Shown here piece by piece: positions 23,078 to 36,162 of a DNA stretch of 64,000 bases (position 1 is the stretch's first letter; every line of letters starts with the position of its first letter). Under the pieces are notes generated by a model that had not been told where the DNA came from, searched no databases, and was given only the letters and a program-made list of their open reading frames with translations. Origin of the DNA: Octopus sinensis (taxonomy: Eukaryota); the NCBI RefSeq assembly GCF_006345805.1, contig NC_043010.1:28210001-28274000 (forward strand). Direction: 5' to 3'. Position numbers and translations under genes: made by a program.

Positions 23078-24847
23078 CTTTTTATTGTGGCCACACATGG
23101 CTAAACACAGAACAAAAATGGACGAAATACAGTGTAGAGTTTTTTCTTTTCGAGGTAGGATGGGTGGGACATACAAAGAAAAAAAAGGTTCGATCAATAG
23201 GGATCTGTGGGTTGTGTGGAATATAAAAATATAATATATATATATATATAAATAAAGTTCACAGTTTAGGTGTAGCCCTGGAAAGAAAAACCTACAAAAA
23301 AGACCAACGTCACCTCAGACAGTTCGAAAATGAACACATGAGTAAGTCGCCTTACCTCTGGTTGTCTCTTTTGGTCACAGATTTACGCTTAAAATAGCGT
23401 CGTCTTTCATACTGACCATTTTTGCCACGTTTACCCACTTTTTATTAAAACATTCGTTCGACAAAGCCTTCCTCTCTATTCTCATCCTCCTTTTCAAGTG
23501 GTACTTGAAAAAGTTGACGAGAGACTGACAAGAGAGGAAGGTGTTTGTTTGCAGTCCTTTCAAACGCGTCCAACACACACATTCTTTCGCCATAGCCATC
23601 AGCGTAACGAAAACCGTTTCCCTTCCCGTTTAAAGGAAGGTGGTGGAACAATATTCACGATAGACTCGGCCGATAAGCGGGCCCGTCCTACACGCGACAA
23701 CAGCTGTTCGACGAAGGTCCACAGCTCTGAAATATCTGGACACTGCACGAGTGCGTGCAGAACGGTTTTGTCTCTCTGACCGCATCTCGAGCAGGTAGTG
23801 CGTCCCGATAGCATTGCCAAGCCAGGGATTTCTGGAAGTTATCTATAGGCCCCGGCCCAAACGTCGTCCTGAACAGGCGGGTTAGGAATTTATCGTCGAC
23901 GCCCAGGTTTGCCTCGAGTGTGTCGTCGGACCTCCCCTCCACTAGTCCTCTATAGAATGCTTTAGTCGTTTGTAAGTTGCACAAGTTTGACCCCGGTCGG
24001 CAGAGCTGCTGTAGAGCTTGGCGACACTCTCGGTGCCAATCGCCCAGTTTCGGTCTCTTCCTGATCCACGTTTGCAGTTCGGTCAGTGAGACGAGCTGCG
24101 GGAAGGTGCGCCTCACAAACGGCGCCCACACCTGTTCACCGTCATCGATGAAGTTCCGGAGATGTCGCAGTCTCAGCGCATGCCTGCGCATCATCAACCA
24201 CGGCATGCCTAGTCCTCCATTCAACGGATATTGACAGCAAATGGACCTCCTAACCATTGGAACGCCACCCTTCCACAGGAAGCGGAAGAGTATACGTTCC
24301 AGTTTGGTGATGGTGGCGTCGGGACAAGGCACGACGGTCAGGCGGTAATCGATGACGGATGCGATGTACGCGTTCACCACCTCCGCCCGACCTTTTAGAG
24401 ACAGCTTTCTCTCGGCCCATGTTTGGCTGAGAGCGACCACTCTACTCGTGATCTCGTCCCAGTTCTTATCCATTTGGAGGTCCGGACTGAACCAGACCCC
24501 GAGCAATTTAACCGGTCCGTCCGTCCAGCGTCCCACTACTAAGCCGCAGTCGGACGGCATGGGCTTGCTTCTCCAGGTGCCGAGTAGCAAACCCACTGAC
24601 TTTTCCGGGTTAATCTTCGCTCCCGTCACCGTTTCGTATTTTCTTAGTGTCTCGCCTATCATCTGGATGTGTTTTTCGCTCGACACTATGACGGTGACAT
24701 CGTCCGCATACGCCGACACGCTCGTCCCGTGGGATGCCCCTCAGTGTCGCCAGCTTCCGCAGTAGCGGCTCGAGAGCCAATACATACAGAAGCGCCGAGA
24801 GGGGACACCCCTGACGGACCGAACGCATGATGTCAAACGGTTTCGAC

Positions 24848-24852
<5 letters not shown>
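23078..24852 (-). mobile_element. Tx1 LINE copy 2, diverged subfamily, 5'-truncated in RT
   Basis: RQGCPLS, YADD, LSLKGRAEV, CSRCGQRDKTVLHAL. The 3' UTR differs from copies 1 and 3 but ends GTGTGGCCACAATAAAAAGTT followed by (ATCT)n. Confidence 0.92.
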
Positions 24853-25380
<528 letters not shown>

Positions 25381-25694
25381 TATGTTTCTTTATTAGCCAC
25401 ACAGGGCTGAACACAGAGGGGACAAATTACAAAGTAGAGCTTTTCTTTTTGGGGAGAAAAATAAAAGTAGGGTAGGTTTTCGATCAAAAGGGATCGTAAA
25501 AAAGAAAGAAAAACGATCAATAGGGATCGTGTATCACAGAAATGTCCTGATATAAAGTGTAAAGGGGGAAATATAAGGTTTATCCGTGGAAAGAAAAGCC
25601 TACGGAAAAGACCACGGTAACCTCGGTCAATAATGTTACATGTTAACACATTTAATTGCAAGTAAGTAACTCTTTGTTTTAAATTTTTCCGGGT

Positions 25695-28600
25695 TCATAG
25701 GATTATGCTCAATGTGGCTTCGTTATTCATACTTTATTCATCCTTGCTACATTCACCAATCTTTTTTTGAAACATTCGCTAGACAAAACTTGCCTCTCTA
25801 CTCTTACTTTCCTTTTCAAGTGATTCTGGAAGAAGTTGATGAGAGATTGACCAGAGAGGAAAGTGTTTGTCTCTAATCCTTTCAGACGCGTCCACCAGAT
25901 ACATTCTTTTGCCATAGCCACAAGTATGATGAAAATAGCTCTTCCTTCCCGTTTGAAGGAAGGAGGCGTGACGATATTGATGATAGACTCGACTGATAAA
26001 CCGACTCGTCCCACACGTGATAGCAGTCGTTCGACATAGGCCCACAGGTCGGAAATGGTTGAACACTGCACGAGTGCGTGCAGAACGGTTTCGTCGCTCT
26101 GACCGCATCTCGGGCAGGTCGGCCCCATGTTTCTCGAGCCGTGTCTGTAGAACTAATCCCAAACGGGTAGCGCTTCTCGGTAGCACTGCCAGGCCAGGGA
26201 TCTCTGGAAGTTGTCCATGGGCCCTGGCCCGAAAGTCATCTTGAACAGGCGGGTCAGGTATACCTTGTCGACGCCCAGGTTCGCCCCGAGATCGGTGTCG
26301 TACCTCCCCTCCACCAACCCCCTATAGAATGCTTTGGTTGTGTTGAAGTCGCTCAAGGTCGACCCGGGACGGCAGAATTGCTGGAGAGCAAAGCGACACT
26401 CGTTGTGCCATTCGCCCTTCCTCGGCCTCTTCTTGATCCACGACTGCAGCTTGGTCATGGAGATGTAGCGTATCTGATATCCTCACTGTTTGGGAGACAC
26501 AATAAGAATGATCTCGTTTGAGATTACAACCATCTTTGGCTAGTTTGACCCTGTTGCGTCCACTGATCTGATTGGTTAGCATCTAGCGCGGTCTGTCTCT
26601 CGACGTACTTCGCGCCAGTATGTAAGCCAACAAATCACGGCCTTTAGATAAGGTCTCGTGACACTGTGTTTCAGATGCCCTTTTTTGAGCCATTTTAACC
26701 CTTTAAATAAGTCTGTTTTCACTATTCTACGTCTTTCGGCTTCAGACTTTTTAAAGTCTAGTCACTGACCACAGAGCTACCCGGCCATGTTCCAATTCCA
26801 GCTACAGACGACCAACCAGCCAACCATGCTACTGCTCCAGCTATGAAGACGCTATTGTACACCAGCACCGTAGGACGTCTTCATCACCGTCGCCATTACC
26901 ACCGTCAACTTCGAATATGTACACATCAACATCGCTCAGGTCTAAACTCACGCTGTTTCTGAATATTTACCGAGGAAAAACAGTTCCAGTCTATCTGAAA
27001 GAATATCTGTATCAAGAGACTCGGTACGGCATTGAGGCCCCAACGGCGGCACGAGATGTGCCTCAATTGGCCTCTGCCACGTGTCCCCAACATCTTGTTA
27101 TAGAACTAACCCTAACCCTTACCTCATGAACTGGTAAACTAATTTCCATCTTAACTTAATATGCTGAGAACTTATGCTCTGTATTCTGTATTTCTGTTGC
27201 ATATGTACCTTCTGTCGCACACACGAACACACAGACACAAATACTATGCGCACGCATTCATACACAACACTCCAAAAGGAGACATTTGTCACCAACTCCT
27301 TACGTACGGTCATATGCATCCCTACAGAGATGAGCTGCAGGAAAGCGCGCAGCACAAGCGGCGACCACACTTGCTCACCGTCGTCCACGTAGAGCCGGAG
27401 ATGTCGCAGTCTCAGCGCATGTCTGCGCATCATCAACCATGGCATGTCCAGCCCTCCTTTCAGCGGGTGTTGGCAGCAAACGGATCGTCTGACCATTGGA
27501 ACGCTTCCTTTCCACAAGAAGCGGAAGAAGATGCGCTCCAGTTTGGTGATGGTAGGGTCGGGACAAGGCACGACGGTCAGGCGGTAGTTGATGACGGGCG
27601 CGATGCACGCGTTCGCCATCTCCGCCCGACCTTTTAGGGACAGCTTCCTCCCGGCAGAGAGTGGCCACCCTAGTCGTTATCTCGTTCCAGTCTTTCTCCG
27701 TTTGCAGGTCTGGACCGAACCAGACTCCGAGCAACTTGACCGGCCTGTCCGTCCAGCGTCCCACTACTGAGGCGCTGCCGAACGGCATGGGCTTGCTTCT
27801 CCAGGTGCCGAACCGCAATCCCACCGACTTTTCCCTGTTGATTTTCGCTCCCGTCACCGCTTCGTAGTCTTTCAGCGTCTCGCCGACCAGTTCGATGTGC
27901 TCGTGGCTAGACGTTATGACGGTGACGTCGTCTGCATAAGCGGACACGCTCGTCCTGCACCCCAGTTCTTGCGGGATGCCCCTCAGCATGGCTAGCTTTT
28001 GCAGAAGTGGATCGAGAGTCAATACGTACAGAAGCGATGAGGGGGCATCCCTGACGGACTGAACGTACAATGTCGAAGGGTGTTGATAGATGCCTGTTGA
28101 CGCGAATTACCGAACGGATGCCTCTGTACAAGGCAGCCATCCAGCCGCGGAAGACGGGACCAAAACCAGCTGCTATGACGACAGCCTCCAAGTATCGATG
28201 GTCTACCCTATCGAAAGCTTTCAATTGATCTAAATTGATCAGAACCCTCTCATGCCAGGTTCCTTAACTACCCTGTCTATGATGCAGCGCATCAGATGGA
28301 GGTTGTCATGGATGCTCTGGCCCGGCACTGCGCATGTTTGCGCTTTGTCGACCAGTTTCTTGATGACAAGCGTCAACCTCTTGGCTAACACCTTGATCAA
28401 AATTTTCAAGTCTGCATTGAGCAGAGTGATGGTCCTAAAGTTATCTATTACGTCCCCCCTTATTTGGATCTTTCTTTAGCAGCGTTACAGCTCCTCGACT
28501 CACAAACCTGAGATGCTCCCGTTTTGCTGCCAGTTGCAGTACACTGCTGCCAAGACATTTCCAAACAAGTCTGGCATACAACTGTAAAGCTCGTCGGGTA

Positions 28601-29970
28601 GACCATCCAAACCCAGCGATTTGTCCCTCGAGCATTCTGCCATCGCTTCCTGCACTTTCGCCGCCATGATGGCACCTTCGCAGCACCCTGCTTCTCTTGT
28701 CGAGAGTCTCGGCAGGCTGTGTAGGTAGGCACTGAAATCTACCCTGCGTTCTCGCCCGCCACTCATCCCGAACAGTCAGGCAAAATGCTGTTGAAAGGCC
28801 TCACACATTTTACTTGGCTCGAGTAATTCGCGCCCCTGTTCATCCACCAGAGACCGAATGCCGGCTTTGTTGCCCTGTTGCACCTCCTCTACCCGAGCCT
28901 CTTGTGCGGTTTTCAACACCTTCGTTCCTTAGAGCACACATCCTAGCTCTGACAACACACCCTTCGTGTTTGGTGTTGAAGTGTTGGTCGAGGGCCAACC
29001 TCGCCGCCAAAACGTCGGATACGTTGCCACTTCTAGCTTCTAAACTAACTCACCCTCTACCCTGTTTCTGTCTATGGCTAGTGCTTTGCTATACCTAATC
29101 GTTTCTGCTGTTATTGCTCTCTTGAGGGCAAACCACCATTTGTTGTTGGCGATGGCTCCTGTCAAAGCCCTCTTTACTAGCAGGCTAATCCAGTCTCTGA
29201 AAACCTGTCTCGATGCATTTAGTTTCCAGTAACCAGGACCCTGCCTATGTGTCTTACCTAAGTCTAGCGTACACGTCACAAGTTTGTGATCCGTGTAGCT
29301 GACTATGTGGAATTGGGGACACCCTACGCTATTTCTATCTACTGTCCTAGAGAATATCCTATCTAGATACTATCTCAACGACCCGATGCAGTTGCTCCAT
29401 GTCTACGTTGGCGCATTCGGGTGGTCGAGTCGGTACCTGTCAGACAGTTGGCAGCGTCTGAGCAGGTCTCTGGGGCATTTGCATTGCCGTCTATTTCTAT
29501 CTCTGCCCACGCAGTCTACATGTGTGTCCAAGGCAGCATTCCAACCCCCCCCCCACTAAAAGTAAAGGATGAGACGTTCCTAGGAATACTTCTAGACATT
29601 GAAAGAAATCTGGCCAACCTGTTAAGGGCGGTTCATAGACTGATACGAGTCGAAAGGCGCACTCATTGCTGCCGTCGACATCTATGACGACCAGTTTACC
29701 CTCCGGGTCTTCGAATATTGTCTTTTCTTCGAGATCCAGACTATTGCGAAATAGTACCGCGGTGCCACTACCGCCCATTCTCGGCAGACAGGGAGAAAAA
29801 TTAATGTTAAACTGTCCGGCAAACATGGACTTTAGGGACCTTGAATTATGGAGTCTGGTCTCACTTATGGCTATGATTTCTAACTTGTGTGACTTTATGT
29901 CATTTAAGAGGTATTCTTCTTTCGAAGGGAACCCCAAGCCACGTGCATTCACACAACCAATCTTGATCAT
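25695..29970 (-). pseudogene. Tx1 ORF2 (EN-RT-ZnF), frameshifted and LTR-interrupted
   Basis: ORF pieces 29497-29970, 29040-29279, 28500-28766, 27907-28224, 27375-28070, 26153-26458 and 25727-26128 are collinear with copy 1 ORF2. Confidence 0.9.
26464..27326 (+). mobile_element. Solo LTR, family L1, copy 1 (863 bp)
   Basis: TGTAG...CTACA termini and a 4-bp TSD GAGA (26460-63, 27327-30). Removing it restores collinear Tx1 sequence. Homologous (inverted) to 37149-38948. Strand inferred from the TATA-like site. Confidence 0.9.
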
Positions 29971-30338
29971 AATCCTGGTGAGTCAAAACACGAGCGAAAG
30001 GAACAGAGGGTTACTTACTGCTCGAAAGTTTTTGCTTTTTCCTCCTTTGGTTTGTTGTCGAGGAGATCCCTATAAAGTTTCTTCGTGATGTATTTTTGAC
30101 ATTTACCAACCGCACTGGGGAAAACGCCTTTTAGTGTGTGGTGCAGACTTCTGGAGATGTGTAGTATTTTGATGTGATCCGGTGGTGTTGTGTATGGGTG
30201 GTTGTTTGTTTTTATGTCATCTTTTGTTAGGTTTGTTTTTGATGTATTCCATCAAATCGCCTGCACTCCACCACAACATAGAGTTTGTAACCTTCTGGCA
30301 GTTCTATCGCGATGGGTGTCTTCTCTGTTTATATTTCA

Positions 30339-31073
30339 TCAATTTAAAGGAGTAATTGATTTTCCCACCCAGTTTTGCTGTTCTAGAACAGCGATTTCGA
30401 GAATGTTTGTCTTTGCCATTTCAAAGCAGATGGCAGAGACTAACCATTGTGTTTCTACTTCAGGTGGCACATTTTTTATTGTGACTTTCGTCACACTCTG
30501 GCCTAAATAAGTCGGTATCATCACCAAGTCATCTGTATGAATATCCAATGTGGAAAATCGTTTCGCTAGATTTTCATTGTGGAAACATACTTGGACTGTG
30601 CCAAATTTATGCCACCAATTGATGTATTCCTTGTGAGCCCATACAGGGCGAAAGCATTTTTCTATTTTTTGCTGTGGTGCACTTTCCGGTCGTCTTGTCT
30701 TCGTGTTGATAACTTTGTATATAATGGGGGGGGGGTCCATGATGTGTTTTGGAATGTGGAGATGTAAATTATCTCCTTCTTTGGTGAGAAGTGCCTTTGT
30801 GTTGTTTATTTCTTGTGCAGTGAATTTTATGAATGTTCTCTTTTGTTTTATTGCTTCTGCGAAGTTTGTTTTGTCTTTGGTGGTGGTGGTGGTGGTGGTG
30901 GTGGTGGTGGTGGTGGTGGTGGTGGTACTGGTGGTGTTGGTAGCAGAGGAGCTAGTTGTAGCTGTTGAAGTCGTAGTAGTAGTGTTGGTGTTGGCTGTGC
31001 TGTCTTCGGTGGGCGGTTTTGTGCTGATTTCGTTGTTGTTGGTGTTGGTGGTGTTAGTGGTACTGGCATTCAT
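30339..31073 (-). CDS. Tx1 ORF1 (nucleic-acid-binding), probably frameshifted at the 3' end
   Basis: Lies upstream of ORF2. N/T-rich low-complexity N-terminus, then NFAEAIKQK...VTIKNVPPEV (RRM-like, by inference). Confidence 0.7.
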   Translation of the reverse strand: MNASTTNTTNTNNNEISTKPPTEDSTANTNTTTTTSTATTSSSATNTTSTTTTTTTTTTTTTTTTKDKTNFAEAIKQKRTFIKFTAQEINNTKALLTKEGDNLHLHIPKHIMDPPPIIYKVINTKTRRPESAPQQKIEKCFRPVWAHKEYINWWHKFGTVQVCFHNENLAKRFSTLDIHTDDLVMIPTYLGQSVTKVTIKNVPPEVETQWLVSAICFEMAKTNILEIAVLEQQNWVGKSITPLN

Positions 31074-31157
31074 GTTTGCGTTTGTATTCGATTTTTTAAA
31101 AAATTCATCTCCTCCGTCCTTCTTTAATCGACATGTTGTGTAGTGAGTGGGGAAAGA

Positions 31158-31325
<168 letters not shown>

Positions 31326-31489
31326 ACATGTATATACGTGCGTGTGCGTGCGTGTACGTATATTATATAGAATGTACTGACTAAATTTGGCGATTTCTTT
31401 TTTTTTTACATTTCCCTGTTTCAGGAACTACTCGATGTATTTGCAAACAGCGTTGGAGAGCATAAAGATTAAAGTTGTAATTGAGAAAA

Positions 31490-31870
31490 AGTTTGCTGAC
31501 ACGGAGGACTGGAAGCCATCTGAATACTGGAAATCAGTTGCCTGTATCATGACGATTAGCGCCGGGTATCAAAATGCCGACATCATGAGTGCTACTGGAA
31601 TGTTCTGTGAACACGACAAAGGTTATAAGACAACAGCAAAGAAAGCTACGAAGCCTTGATCAGCAGGAAGGGACACGGTAGTCGTTTCTGACTGCTTCCG
31701 CACAGTAGAATTTGTCCAATGACTGAAGGTCAAGGTGATGGAAGATCTGAACCAGGGAACACGGGCTTTGACGTGAGAGATGGGTATCGGAGTTGTCACC
31801 ATGAAGCTGGCTCTGAATGAGGATCTACAGTGCTGCTAGTAGAAGAGGCGCAAGGGACAAATTCTGGCAA
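31490..31870 (+). pseudogene. Degenerate maT/DD37D-like Tc1-mariner transposase N-terminal (HTH) fragment
   Basis: RTVEFVQ*LKVKVMEDLNQGTRALT*EMGIGVVTMKLALNEDL...RRKGQIL resembles the RTPEFV...SMRALA.EL.VS..TI...VHEDL...RRKGQ pattern recalled for this group. Confidence 0.55.
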
Positions 31871-32095
31871 CCGAGATCTTCACTAACCCCAATTTCTGAC
31901 CTCAAAGTACTAGCGTAGCTGGGGGAGAGGGGAGCTGTAGGAGCGGTCCACTCCAAGTGGAACTTTTACACTATCCCATAGCATTTCACACTATCCCATA
32001 ATTAGAGGAGTCTATTCAATAGACATAATTTAATGGTATCGTTCATCTGTGCGCTAAGTGCTAAAAAGATAGTAGGGAACATCCTCTAGTCTCGC

Positions 32096-32345
32096 GTGGA
32101 GACCGCATGCTCATGTAGGGTTAGGAGTAAGTGCCCAGTGAATGATCGGTGCCACGCTGATGTTGTCGTCAGCGGAGCAGAAGTGATGGTGTCCAACAAC
32201 AATAACAAATGCAGTTACGAAGTGGTTCGTACACAGAACTATATTGTAACGCCGATGGGGGCAGGTGTATTTAAGGTCAGGTTAAATAATCATAAATCCT
32301 CTTTCGCAAGAGAGGTGCAACATTATAACATTAGCCCGCTATAAG
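32096..32345 (+). pseudogene. Penelope-like GIY-YIG endonuclease relic
   Basis: CSCRVRSKCPVNDRC..DVVVSGAEV...FKVRLNNHKSSF matches the PLE pattern CNC....CP..G.C....VVY.A.V...FK.RY.NHK.SF. Confidence 0.6.
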
Positions 32346-32672
32346 TGGAACTGATAAGGAGAAGGGAAAACTTTAGTTGCTGCCCTCGTGATAGCAAGTT
32401 CGTTATGAAATTGTGGTTTTCTCCATTTGTAGACAAGAGAACGGAAAAAAATATATGCAAACACAGCTGATCCACTTCGGCTAAGGGCAGAACAGTACAA
32501 TGGAAGGTAACTAGTTTGTGGCATGTCTGTATTAGCTTTAGTTAAATCATGCATTTTGGGACTTCAATGTAAGCTCTGACGACACAGTCAGCTTGCAGCT
32601 CTTTCCAGTTTGTGATTGGCTGAATTAACAAGCTCCCTCGAACAGGTGTTCTCTGCTACGTCCGATTGTCAC

Positions 32673-33084
32673 ATATATATTTCTTTATTGCCCACAAGGG
32701 GCTAAACATAGAGGGGACAAACAAACGGATCAAGTCGATTACATCGATCCTAGTGCGTAACTGGTACTTTATTTATCGGCCCCGAAATAATGAAAGGCAA
32801 AGTCGACCTCGACGGGATTTGAACTCAGAACGTAACGGCAGGCGAAATACCTATTTCTTTACTTACCCACAAGGAGCTAAATACAGAGAGGACAAACAAG
32901 GACAGACAAACGGATTAAGTCGATTATATCGACCCCAGTGCGTAACTGGTACTTAATTTATCGACCCCTAAAGGATGAAAGGCAAAGTTGACCTCGGCGG
33001 AATATGAACTCAGAACGTAACGGCAGACGAAATACCGCTAAGCATTTCGCCCGGCGCGCTAACGTTTCTGCCAGCTCACTGCCT
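32673..33084 (-). mobile_element. SINE family B dimer with a Tx1-like 3' tail
   Basis: 12-bp TSD TCCGATTGTCAC (32661-72, 33085-96). tRNA-like head with B-box, two tandem monomers, each ending ...TTTAGC(C/T)CCTTGTGGG..A(A/G)TAAAGAAATA. Confidence 0.9.
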
Positions 33085-33316
33085 TCCGATTGTCACAGCC
33101 TGCTGCCATGATTCAATCAAATTCCTTTCAATTCCTGGTCTCACTTTTCTGAAAGCCCCCCCCCCTCCTGGCATGCAGTTTTGTTCTATCGCGTTAACGC
33201 TGTTCTGTCTCACACAAGAACTTTCTTCTTCCACGTGCGCTAGCAGTATAGACCAAACTCAATGTCGTTATCTCATGCTTTTCCAGAAACACTTCTAACA
33301 AGTCTTCTTCTATATA

Positions 33317-33554
33317 CAGCGTGGCCCAAAAGTAGGTTTACAGTTATTACGTAGGCACTTTAGATTTCTTTTAAAACATTTTATTACATTTAAATTTCTA
33401 TCTTACAAACTGAAAAGGCAGCTTGACAAAATTAACTAAATTAGCATAGAATAATGGCTTCATATTTTTTCTATAATTCAGATCTGCAAACTATTAATAT
33501 ATGAATGCGAAAGAGATAGTTGAATAACTCTAAACCTACTTTTGGGCCATCCTC
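33317..33554. mobile_element. Tc1/mariner-type MITE (238 bp)
   Basis: TIRs CAGCGTGGCCCAAAAGTAGGTTTA / TAAACCTACTTTTGGGCCATCCTC, with TA on both sides. Confidence 0.85.
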
Positions 33555-34159
33555 TATACAAAGCACAACCAATGTCTTCATGCATTCATTCATTTACCTT
33601 TAACACACCAAAGATATCTCTATTAAACACATCTCTATACAGAACTCTATGCATGATAATTCATGTGTAAGCCATGCTACAATAAAAATTTATAATCTTA
33701 AAGCGAGTTGTTTATTGTATATCATCGCACGGCTAACGAACACAGGAACACAGTTGGCAACGTCTGTCTGTCACACTACGATCAACAGTTACTGTCGCCG
33801 ACATCGCCACCTTCAGTCAAAGACAATGGCATCAACCCAACATGAGAACAACTTAAGTTGGTGGTGTCAACAAATCGCCACGCTGGAGACCTCAGAAGCA
33901 TTACATACATACAGCCGCCTTCGCTAAAGGTGACATCTTTGCTATAAGTTTTCCTTCTCAGAAAAGGGCTTTCTCGCTTCGTATTCTTTTATTTTTCACC
34001 ACCAATCTAACCAAGGCAGTATATTTTGGTTCAAGCATTAAAGATGATATGTGCTTCCAGCCAGCATCTCTGATGAGTCGTCAGTATTCCCAAGCGCAAT
34101 AGAAAACGTGAAACCAATAGCTTTTTCACTGGTTATATGTCATAAACAGGAATATATTA

Positions 34160-35101
34160 GGATCTTTTCTTTTTGAAGGCCAGATTTTCCTAGTTAACTA
34201 AACAATTTGAAACTTCGTATACTGGTAGAATGTGTCAAAAGAAAACATTTTTGTAAACAAAATTGTAATTCGTAACTTAAACGTAGTTTAATTTTAAGAA
34301 TTTTAACCAATGAAATCGCAGCATTCGAGCTCAAATTAATTACCTCTTCTGTCTTCTATATGTGCTAGAAATAACAGCTACATCTCGTAAATCGATTAAT
34401 TTCGTCGCCCAATAAAAATATTAACGATATTTTTTGAATATTTTCTTTATTTTTTTTTTTACCGAAAAGGCTTCTCCCATGGTTTTGAAGGGCCAGAAAC
34501 AACAAAAACAAAACAATAATATGCCTAAATCGGTCTCGAGTTTGCGCGTGGAGTGTGAGTCGTATTGTAAAAATTTGCGAAATATTTCTTCATAAAAGGA
34601 TGCCCCCAGCTTGTCGGAAGCTGTGATATAAATTGGCAAAAAAATCCTCGACACCAGTGCGTAATTGGTACTTAATTTATCGACCCCGAAACGATGAAAC
34701 ATTCCCCCCCCCCTTCTGTGCAAATTTGTTGCGGCAAGTGGCAAAACACAACGTGTATTTTTGCTTGTGTGCGTATGTGTGTGTATGTATATGTCCGTTC
34801 GTATGTGTGTGTACGCTTATATATTAATTACTATGTGCTTGTGCAAATGTGTGTGTGTCGTGCGTCTGCTATATTTCTTTATCAATATCGATAACGCAGC
34901 AATGTTGGGATTTCATTGGTTAATATTCGAAGATGTTGGGATTTCGTTGGTTAAAATTCGTAACAATTAAACTAAGTTTAAGTTACAAATTACAATTTTG
35001 CTTTCAATTTTGTTTACAATAATGTTTTCTTTTGACACATTCTACCAGTATATGAAGTTTCAAATTTTTTAGTTAACTAGGAAAATCTGGCCTTCAAAAA
35101 G
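34160..35101. mobile_element. Long-TIR non-autonomous DNA element (foldback family F1, copy 1)
   Basis: ~170-bp inverted arms (34160-34330, ~34900-35101) starting GGATCTTTTCTTTTTGAAGGCC; right end is ~9 bp short; termini homologous to 37435-38176. Confidence 0.8.
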
Positions 35102-35538
35102 TATGCGTGCGTGTGTATGTGTATGCGTGTGTATGTGTATTCACGAAAGTGAATAGATGTAATTCAAGACAATGGAGGAAGAACAAAGACGAAAGAAGCA
35201 AGGGCAATGCGTTGACTCGTAATAAGTTTATATGTGGCTAAGGGACATAACTACTTTTGCTTAATGCCATCTTAATAATATAACTTGCAGAGTTATTCAT
35301 CGTGTTTATTATATTTCATTGTTTTTTGATAGCTGAACATACGAATCGGGTGACCATCAGGAAATCATGTTTACTCTCGTTTAATAATATTAACTTTTAC
35401 AGAAATATGAAAACAAAGCATCGCACAAAGTATTTTCTGGGATTTAGTTCTGAGTTTTTCTTTAGGTAACAAATTATCCGAATCTTTAGAGCTTAAGGGT
35501 GAAGATGCTCTCTTTACTCTATTATTATTATTATTATT

Positions 35539-36095
35539 GAGTGAGAGAGCAGTTCATGCCATCAAAGTGACACTGGGGTAAAATATACGAAGCCCAATAT
35601 ACCCATCATGACGACCCGTCTGATAAAGGTACACCAGGCACATGCATCACAACCATATGTGCGCGACATGGTGATCTCATATCAAGATAAACAGCACATG
35701 ACCTTGCAGGTGGGGCCCAGTTAGAATTTTCTTCAGGTTGAGTAGCCCATCCCGCTCAAACGGTCCCTGAATAAGGGTTGTTTAAGGATGTTGAAAGAAC
35801 CACCCATGTTTCCAGAGGTGAACTATTCAAACCCCAAAGAATCCCTCTCAACACATGGCTATGATGCTCCCCCACTACTTCTGCTCGTGATCAGAGATGC
35901 ACATATCGTCAGCCACTAAGGGACATGCTCAACTGGTTAAGGTCAAACAACTGACAAGCAAATCTGTGGTATTGAGCAGAATATTTGCTGTAGCCCATCT
36001 TTTATACCAAGACAAAACAATGTACATGATAACACTTCCAATCAGTTAAGATCAGAAGCCACGAGAGCCACTGCTTGGTACTGCATCAGGGCATT
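35539..36095 (-). mobile_element. ~560-bp (AAT)n-associated non-coding repeat, copy 1
   Basis: High identity to three other copies; (ATT)n on both sides. Strand assigned by co-orientation with the Dong-like LINEs. Confidence 0.85.
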
Positions 36096-36120
36096 TATTA
36101 TTATTATAATTATAATTATA

Positions 36121-36162
<42 letters not shown>

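Larger units (their letters stand above)
25381..31157 (-). mobile_element. Tx1 LINE copy 3, apparently full length (5' UTR, ORF1, ORF2, 3' UTR), disrupted
   Basis: ORF1 at 31073-30339. ORF2 begins MIKIGCVNARGL...ISETRL (APE endonuclease) at 29970 and runs with frameshifts to ~25695. Solo LTR inserted at 26464-27326. Both ends lie in (TATC)n. Confidence 0.9.

Noticed and set aside
27119-27619. 166-aa ORF with a novel C-terminus
   Set aside because: Tx1 ORF2 frame reading through into the inserted solo LTR.
30703-31143. Val-rich 146-aa ORF that looks like a membrane protein
   Set aside because: Antisense reading of the (ACC)n tract in Tx1 ORF1.
35539-36095. CCCTGATGCAG at the minus-strand 5' end of the 560-bp repeat as a hammerhead core
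   Set aside because: It is not CTGANGA, and no stem II/GAAA follows; no ribozyme fold could be supported by eye.
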